Shown here: positions 48,763-58,537 of the stretch, piece by piece
Layout of the letters: every line of letters begins with the position of its first letter
Position numbering within the stretch: the stretch's first letter is position 1
Assembly (NCBI GenBank): GCA_036679645.1
Contig: JAZDCY010000002.1
Coordinates: 1 to 58,537 of the forward strand
Source of the DNA: Gemmatimonadota bacterium
GTDB lineage: Bacteria; Gemmatimonadota; Gemmatimonadetes; Gemmatimonadales; GWC2-71-9
Reading direction: 5' to 3'
DNA length: 58,537 nt
The notes under the pieces: model-generated
What the model was told of the DNA's origin: nothing
Database searches by the model: none
Seen by the model: the letters and a program-made list of their open reading frames with translations, nothing else
Program-made: the position numbers and the translations under genes

Positions 48763-50868
48763 CTAGCCGGCTACTGCCAGTTTGTCGTGCTCCATGATCC
48801 GCATGAGTGCCGCGGCCACCGTTGGATCGAAGGCGGTTCCCGTTTCACGCCGGATGATCGACAGGGCCTGGACACGTGACCCGGTTCGGTAGGGACGCTC
48901 GGAGGAGAGCGCGTCGTAGCAGTCCGCCACCGCTACAACGCGCGCGAGGAACGGGATCTCCTCGCCGCTCAGGCCGTCGGGGTATCCGGTCCCGTCGACG
49001 TGTTCATGATGGTGCAGCACGATTGGGATCACGTCTGCGTACGACGGGATTGGAGCGAGGATGCGGGCGCCGACATGCACGTGCCGGCGGACTTCGTCGA
49101 ACTCGTCTTCGCTCAGCTTGCCGCTCTTGTCGAGGATGCTGCTTGCAACACCGAGCTTGCCGATGTCGTGGAGCAGTGCGCCCCGGTGCAGGCAGTCGAG
49201 TTTGTGCTCGTCCAGTCCCAGCTCTCGTCCCATCGCGATCGCGATGTCGCGTACCCGCTCGGAATGACCCGCTGTCCATGACGACATGGCATCGATGCTT
49301 CGCGCGAGGGCTTGGAGCGTTCCCCAGCTGAGTTGCTCGAGTCGCTCGACCAGTTGCGCGTTTCCCAGCGCGACCGAGATCTGGTCGGCGACTTGGCTAG
49401 CGATTTCGCAGGCCTCTTCAGTCTTTGCGTCCTTCTCGAATCCGACCACCAACGCACCCGCCTGATCGGCCTCCAACGCGAGGGTGCGCACGACAAGATG
49501 GAGCCCCTCGCGCATCGCCGGGGGAAACGCCGACAGGAAGGACGGTGCCGTCGCTTGGTCGGGATCCATCAGGTGATCGCGCATCTGCTGCATCTTCGCT
49601 TCATCGTCGGGATCGACGGGCCTGCTGTACGTGAATCGGCGGGACGGGAGGCGGAGGCCAGAGACGCGCCACATCGCGAGGCCGTCGGCCGCAGTGGTTC
49701 GCAGCACCAGTCCGACGAGGTCGGCGCCCGCGGCGGCGGGGACACGCTCGAGGACGACCTCGACGAGTTGATCAGGAGTCGACCGCGCCAGCGCCGCCTG
49801 ATCGATGTCATTGATGGCCGAAAGCGTGCGGAACTGACGTCCAAGCTGTCGCGCCATCGTATTGAACGAGTCCGCCAGGTCCTCGAACTCGTCACCGGTT
49901 TCGACGCTCACGACTCGGTCGAAGTCGCGGTTGGCCACGAGCCGAGTCGCCGCAGTAAGGCGCTGCAGCGGACCGAGAACTCGTCGGATCTGGCTCTGGC
50001 TGAGAAATACGACGACGAGCAGCGACAGCAACACGATAGCCGGAAAAGCGCGACGGAAATCCGCTGCTGGCGCGAGGATTGACGCGCGGGATTCGGTGAG
50101 CAGCACAGTCCAATCGGCGTGGCCGAACTCGAACTGGAGGAAGATCGGCCAACTCGACACGAACAGTTCTCGTCTGTCGACTTCCCAGGTTAACAGGTCG
50201 CGTTGAGGGATTGCGGCTCGGATTTTCTCTGCCGTCTCGGGTCCGACGGGGAGGGTGCAGAACAGCGGTCCGGCATCTGCGTCGAGAACGCAGATGTCCA
50301 TCCCGGGCGGACTCGCTGTCTGGAGATCGCCACCGCCCCAGAGAAATGTAGGATTCGCCTCGGCCCACACAGTGACGTGGCGGGCCCGTGTCGTTCGACC
50401 GGCGAACGCCAGCAGGATCTGGCTGGTGGAGCCTTCTGCCACGACCAGGAGGATCGTCTGTCCGCTCTCGAGCCGCTGCCGCTGGACGTCGCTGAGTGGC
50501 GGTGGCGTGGTAGGGACGCCCAAGATGGGGATTGAATTTCCCTGTTCACGGTCCATCCAAATGCGGTTGAAGATGCGTGCGGACCCGCCGCTTCGGGAAA
50601 GCGTCTGCTGGACGGCTCCGCCATCAGCCTCGATGCTTACGACGTTCCGCTTCAACTCTGCTTGGAGCAACAGCAGTCGCTGCAGGATAGCCATGCCGGT
50701 AGACTTTCCAGCCTGCTGCAGCCGATCGCGGCCCTGGTTCTCGAGTTGACCGGCAACCTGCCGGTAGGAGACCACGGTGAGCGCCCCTACGGGCACCAGT
50801 GCGGACAGCACGAAGAGCAGTAATACGCGGCGGGCGACGCGCGTGTGAAAGGCCGATGGCATTGTCAT
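48763..50868 (-). CDS. HD-GYP phosphodiesterase (periplasmic sensor-HAMP-GAF-HD-GYP)
   Basis: GHSERV, LLHDIGK, HHEHVDGTGYP, VADCYDAL..RPYR; start taken at MTMPSAF. Confidence 0.92.
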   Translation of the reverse strand: MTMPSAFHTRVARRVLLLFVLSALVPVGALTVVSYRQVAGQLENQGRDRLQQAGKSTGMAILQRLLLLQAELKRNVVSIEADGGAVQQTLSRSGGSARIFNRIWMDREQGNSIPILGVPTTPPPLSDVQRQRLESGQTILLVVAEGSTSQILLAFAGRTTRARHVTVWAEANPTFLWGGGDLQTASPPGMDICVLDADAGPLFCTLPVGPETAEKIRAAIPQRDLLTWEVDRRELFVSSWPIFLQFEFGHADWTVLLTESRASILAPAADFRRAFPAIVLLSLLVVVFLSQSQIRRVLGPLQRLTAATRLVANRDFDRVVSVETGDEFEDLADSFNTMARQLGRQFRTLSAINDIDQAALARSTPDQLVEVVLERVPAAAGADLVGLVLRTTAADGLAMWRVSGLRLPSRRFTYSRPVDPDDEAKMQQMRDHLMDPDQATAPSFLSAFPPAMREGLHLVVRTLALEADQAGALVVGFEKDAKTEEACEIASQVADQISVALGNAQLVERLEQLSWGTLQALARSIDAMSSWTAGHSERVRDIAIAMGRELGLDEHKLDCLHRGALLHDIGKLGVASSILDKSGKLSEDEFDEVRRHVHVGARILAPIPSYADVIPIVLHHHEHVDGTGYPDGLSGEEIPFLARVVAVADCYDALSSERPYRTGSRVQALSIIRRETGTAFDPTVAAALMRIMEHDKLAVAG

Positions 50869-51088
50869 GGCTACTCGATGGTCAACGTCATCGTCCCCTC
50901 GGTTCCCTCCACCGCCCCGTCGTAGAGCAGCTTGATCCCGTCGCTCATCGGGCTGTCTCGGCGGCAATCCGGTTACGTGAGGTATCGGCCCCGTCGAGCG
51001 CGACCTTGAGAGCCGGCGGACCAGAGACTTGCTACCACTCCATCACCGCCAGCATATTCTAGTCCGATTTCCCGAGGGAATTGATTCC

Positions 51089-53794
51089 ATGCCTGGACCA
51101 ATGAATCCGTCGCGCGTCTGGCGGCCCGTCCTCGCCGCCGTGCTCGTCGCCGTCGCTGCGGTCACCGCTTGTGAGGACGAGATGGCGCCCGTCAACGACG
51201 TTGGGACCGTTTCGTTCCAGCCCGTTTTCCCCAGCCGCGCGGCGGCGTCCTTTCCCTTTGCGACGGCGCGAATCGTATTGACCCGCATCGGTGACGAAAC
51301 GCCGACCATCGATACACTGGTGGCCCTAGAGGCCGACCAGGACACCGTGGCGCTGGCATTCCCGGTCATGCTCGTAGGCGACAACCAGTTCCTTCTGAAT
51401 CTCGATCTGCGCGACTCCTCGGGGACGACGTTATTCTCCGCCGTCGACACAGTGACCGCTCTTCCGGGTACGGGCGGCGCGCCACCATTGGTGCCGCTCG
51501 ACTACGTGGGGATCGGGGCGGATGCCGCCGCCGTGCAGATCGTGAATACCGTGGTGTTCGTCGCCGTCGGGGATACAACGCGCGTGACGGCAAACGCGCT
51601 CGACACTTTGGGGGAACCCATCGAGGGTACCCCCATACTCTGGTCGACGACCGATTCGGCACGAGCGTACTTCCCGAGTCGGATCGGCGGATCGCTCGTA
51701 GGCGGTGATTCACTCGGGCCGGTCAGCGTGGTGGCCGAACTCTTCACCGGCCCGGCGGATACGGTCGGCGCAACGGTACTGGCGGCCGGTACCGGCAACG
51801 TGTTGGTGGCGATCGATTCGCTCGAGGACGCGCTGTTCCTCCTGGTCGCTGCCGTCGACGACACCGCCTTTGCCCGCCAACAGGTCGTCGACTGGGCTGC
51901 GGCAGATCAATTCTCGTTCGAGACGTCGCGGGCGCTCTTCGAGCAGGCCTACAACAGCGACATGACGAACGACACCGCGGCATTTGGATTGGCGGTGACG
52001 ACCATTCTCGCACTGAAAGACGATCCGACCTTCCGCTCGCTCGCGCAGCAGTGGGACGACTGGCAGGCCCAGTTTCCGTTCGGTGCGCTCGACAGCCTGT
52101 TCCAGGGGTCGGCACCGTTCCCGCCGTCCTTCAGCACGATGCAAGCTCTCGTCCGGAATGTCGTACTGCCGGCGCTCCGAACGTCCATCGACGCCCTGAA
52201 TACGATTGACGATCCCAACTTCCTGCTCATCCTCACGGACCGCATGCAAGGGCGGACCGGCTCGATTCCGCCCGACGAGATCCCGCGCGAAATCGACTAT
52301 GCGGATGTGTTGTTCCTCAAGGCCCTCCTCAACGGGATAACGGCGTTTGCGGATGGCCTGGTGGCGTACCAACTCACGCCCGATCCCTTTGGGGCAGGTG
52401 GCGTCGACGCGGCTTTCGCGACCGGCAGTACCTTCCTCACGCTCGCCACCGGTGGCGCCACGAATCTCGCGGATGCGCGAACCCGACTCCAGGACGCGGT
52501 GACGGCCGCTCTCGCGGCGTTCGATGTCATCGAACTGGAGACGGACGACCAATCGAACGACGTGATTGTCTGGAACCCGCTGGGCACGTGTTGTCCGAGC
52601 GGCCTTGCAGACCTCTCGTCGCTCGACCTCGTGGATGGACGACGCGTGTTCGGGCAGATGTCGAGCTCGCTCCAGGGCCCGTTTACGTGGAACGAGGACT
52701 TCTCGGGCGATTCGATGCCCGAGATGGTGACGATCGACATTACCGCGCTATTGCTGAGTCCCGTGAGTGATCTCAAAACGCTCCTTCCGTCCTATTTCAC
52801 GTCCAATGGCCAGTTTTTCTGGACGGCCCTCTCGGTCGACGAGTGGATGTGGCCCGATCCGACCCTTGCTGCGCTCCTACCCGGAATGGCGACCAGCGAC
52901 TCGCTGGTGAGGACACTCGATCTCAGAGATCTGTGGGACGGTGCGAATCAGGACATCGATGAGTGGTCCGACATCAGCACGCACGCCGCTGCCGCGGCGA
53001 ACCTGGCTCTCACGTCTGGCGGACGGTTCCATGGCATCGCGCCGGATTTCTCCGGCGATTCGGCGGGACCCTCGCTGCCGCCGCCCGACACGCTGACATT
53101 CGCGTCTTACCGCTCGATCGCGTCGAACAGTCTCACGGGTGAACAATGGGCTTGGGACAACAGTTTCAATGGCAACATCTACACTCGGCCCAACGATGTC
53201 GCTACTGGATGGACGCTCCGGACTACCCTGTGCTGCGGGGGGGACATGATTGAGAGCCCCGTTGCCGCGGGTGCAATGTTTCTGTACGACGGATTCAGCG
53301 TGAACGAGGTATCATCGGATCTGTTGACGGTGACCCTGCGCGCCCAGAACTTCGCCGGCGGTGACCGGGGATTCGCAGTGAACTTCCAGAACAACGAGCT
53401 GGTAGTCTTGGATTTTCTCGGGAATGTGCATGTGTGGAATGTGCTCGACGCAGCTCCGGTCGGTACGTTCACACAGGTTTTCACGCTGCCAATTCCGTCA
53501 ACCGAGGACCCCTTCTTTGCGGAGTGGGTCGATCTTACAGGCGGACCGAATGGCAACCTGTGGTTCATTACCAGAAACGGTGGGCTGGTCGAGCTCCTCG
53601 CGGATTACTCCGCGGCCTTCGAACGCCCGGCGGTGCCGACGCTCGACGAAGTCGTCGCGATCTCGCAGGATGTCTCGAACACTGTGCTGATCGCGTTGAC
53701 GACAGATGGGAAACTGTTCACCCGTCCGGCCGACGCTACGACGCCATGGACATTGGCGCGCACGCTGACGCGCTACTTGAATCCGATTCCGTGA
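51089..53794 (+). CDS. large uncharacterised lipoprotein (beta/Ig-like, helical, beta-propeller-like regions)
   Basis: Lipobox VTA-C after a hydrophobic stretch; acidic, about 900 aa; purine-rich RBS upstream. Confidence 0.75.
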   Translation: MPGPMNPSRVWRPVLAAVLVAVAAVTACEDEMAPVNDVGTVSFQPVFPSRAAASFPFATARIVLTRIGDETPTIDTLVALEADQDTVALAFPVMLVGDNQFLLNLDLRDSSGTTLFSAVDTVTALPGTGGAPPLVPLDYVGIGADAAAVQIVNTVVFVAVGDTTRVTANALDTLGEPIEGTPILWSTTDSARAYFPSRIGGSLVGGDSLGPVSVVAELFTGPADTVGATVLAAGTGNVLVAIDSLEDALFLLVAAVDDTAFARQQVVDWAAADQFSFETSRALFEQAYNSDMTNDTAAFGLAVTTILALKDDPTFRSLAQQWDDWQAQFPFGALDSLFQGSAPFPPSFSTMQALVRNVVLPALRTSIDALNTIDDPNFLLILTDRMQGRTGSIPPDEIPREIDYADVLFLKALLNGITAFADGLVAYQLTPDPFGAGGVDAAFATGSTFLTLATGGATNLADARTRLQDAVTAALAAFDVIELETDDQSNDVIVWNPLGTCCPSGLADLSSLDLVDGRRVFGQMSSSLQGPFTWNEDFSGDSMPEMVTIDITALLLSPVSDLKTLLPSYFTSNGQFFWTALSVDEWMWPDPTLAALLPGMATSDSLVRTLDLRDLWDGANQDIDEWSDISTHAAAAANLALTSGGRFHGIAPDFSGDSAGPSLPPPDTLTFASYRSIASNSLTGEQWAWDNSFNGNIYTRPNDVATGWTLRTTLCCGGDMIESPVAAGAMFLYDGFSVNEVSSDLLTVTLRAQNFAGGDRGFAVNFQNNELVVLDFLGNVHVWNVLDAAPVGTFTQVFTLPIPSTEDPFFAEWVDLTGGPNGNLWFITRNGGLVELLADYSAAFERPAVPTLDEVVAISQDVSNTVLIALTTDGKLFTRPADATTPWTLARTLTRYLNPIP

Positions 53795-54534
53795 CGTCGC
53801 ATGTCCCCGTGGGGCTCGTGGCCCTGGCGCTGTTAGGCGTCGGGGCCGCTTGCAATCGGGGGAACGTGGATCCGCCGCCCGGACCGGAAACCATCGTGAT
53901 GCCCGTGGACAGCGCACCCCGGGAGCCCTCCACGCGTTGGGGACAACTGCAAGCGGTCTCTCTTTCCGATATCATGCCCGTTCTCGCCCTACTCATTCCC
54001 GACGTTCCCGTGCGTTTTCGGGTGATCTGGGAGTACAACCGGGTCCGTGGGCGCGGCACCGTAGTAGTTGTCCCGCCCGACACGATGCGTTTCGATTTCC
54101 GGGCGCCGTTTGGGCGGCGCGGAGGTGTGGGGATCGTTGCGAATCGGGTGGTGTGGTCCGATCCGGATACGGTCGGTCAACAAGTCAGTGATGCGGTGGT
54201 GCTGGTGTGGGCAGCTCTCGGCATTCCACGAGTCGTCGGGGACCTGGCTTACCACGCTCGCGAGCCGTCACGACACGTGGTGCGGTTCGTGACGGGCGAC
54301 ACGAGCGTGACGTATACCGTATCCGACCAGCCGGTGCCGCAACTCACTGCGGTGCTACAGAGGGGTCACCGGGTGATAGGGTCTGGTGGGCTCCGCTTTG
54401 ATAGCGATACGGCGTGGGTGGCCGTGGGACGTATGCGACATCTCCTTCGCGATGTGAGTTTGTCGTTTGCCATCTGGGCGATCGACAGTGCGTTGACCCT
54501 CGAACCCGGGTGGTTTCGCGCACCAGTGCGCTAA
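53791..54534 (+). CDS. uncharacterised lipoprotein, possibly LolA/LolB-like fold
   Basis: GTGA overlap with the upstream stop, lipobox GAA-C, GRGTVVVVPPDTMRFDFRAPFG. Confidence 0.65.
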   Translation: MTSHVPVGLVALALLGVGAACNRGNVDPPPGPETIVMPVDSAPREPSTRWGQLQAVSLSDIMPVLALLIPDVPVRFRVIWEYNRVRGRGTVVVVPPDTMRFDFRAPFGRRGGVGIVANRVVWSDPDTVGQQVSDAVVLVWAALGIPRVVGDLAYHAREPSRHVVRFVTGDTSVTYTVSDQPVPQLTAVLQRGHRVIGSGGLRFDSDTAWVAVGRMRHLLRDVSLSFAIWAIDSALTLEPGWFRAPVR

Positions 54535-54573
54535 CGGGTCGCGGACGCAGGCGATCAACGTGGGTTGGGCCAC

Positions 54574-54611
54574 AGAAAACAAAGCCCGTCCTCCACGCGG
54601 AGGACGGGCTT
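54574..54611 (-). terminator. rrn intrinsic terminator
   Basis: 13-bp stem AAGCCCGTCCTCC/GGAGGACGGGCTT followed by a U-rich tail on the minus strand, just after 5S. Confidence 0.88.
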
Positions 54612-54618
54612 GAGGGAA

Positions 54619-54734
54619 GCTGGCGACGGCCTACTCTCCCAGGAGGTTTACCTCCAAGTACCATCGGCGCTAACGGGCTTAACTGCCGTGTTCGGGATGG
54701 GAACGGGTGTGGCCCCGTCGCGCTCGTCGCCAGC
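54619..54734 (-). rRNA. rrf: 5S rRNA
   Basis: Contains CCCGTTCCCATCCCGAACACGGCAGTTAAG and GGGAGAGTAGG; termini complementary. Confidence 0.95.
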
Positions 54735-54856
54735 AAGAACTGTGAGCGGTACGCGGTGAGCGCGTGCGCGGAGCTTCCCGCTCACGGCGCACCGCGTACT
54801 GCTCACTGATGAAATCCATGGATGGGTGCCGAGTTCTACATCAACTAAAAGAAAGA

Positions 54857-57836
<2,980 letters not shown>

Positions 57837-57922
57837 TCATAGTCGCTGAGATCACGCCGCTATACTTCACTGCGGTGCGATGATTTTACTCGACACCCTA
57901 CTACATCCATGGATCCATCAGT

Positions 57923-57934
57923 TGTCAAAGAGCG
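57923..57934 (-). promoter_or_regulatory. ITS boxA antiterminator
   Basis: CGCTCTTTGACA, similar to consensus TGCTCTTTAACA. Confidence 0.7.
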
Positions 57935-58066
57935 GCCGCGGGTGACGCAATGCTCCACCCCACCGGCGGCGTATAACAAATCAAAGCGAAACGGGAGAAA
58001 AGACGTGCGGGCGACGAAGCACCTTTCGTGATCCGCGTTACGACTGCGGCCCTACTCGGCAGCTCC

Positions 58067-58537
<471 letters not shown>

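Overview
High-GC bacterial chromosomal segment, most consistent with Gemmatimonadota (inferred from gene content and order, not from a search). About 44 kb (874-44919) is an almost uninterrupted minus-strand run of tightly coupled core genes: era, trm112-like, PorV/PorQ-like, REC-GGDEF, zinc-ribbon, prfB (+1 frameshift), lysS, lolCE/D, mcsA-mcsB-clpC, bamA-skp-lpxD-lpxC/fabZ-lpxA-lpxB-DUF374-lpxK, gdhA, rlmH, methyltransferase-bshC, murJ, uvrC, thrC, larC, two paralogous TPR proteins around tRNA-Gly, DUF512, der, plsY, gpsA, merR-like, surE, pcm, dedA, acyP, apt and tRNA-Arg. This run converges with dapF on an intergenic region holding a convincing XerCD dif site with an inverted pair of DnaA-box-like 9-mers next to it. 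Between era and a minus-strand rRNA operon (partial 16S, 23S, 5S, no ITS tRNA) lies a roughly 9.4 kb accessory block. In it, a hybrid histidine kinase and an HD-GYP protein share the same extracytoplasmic sensor domain and flank an orphan prepilin-like gene; two uncharacterised lipoproteins follow. That sensor/pilin module is the best candidate for an undescribed system. apt and uvrC each carry a clean in-frame loss of a key motif. No CRISPR array, integrase or transposase was seen.
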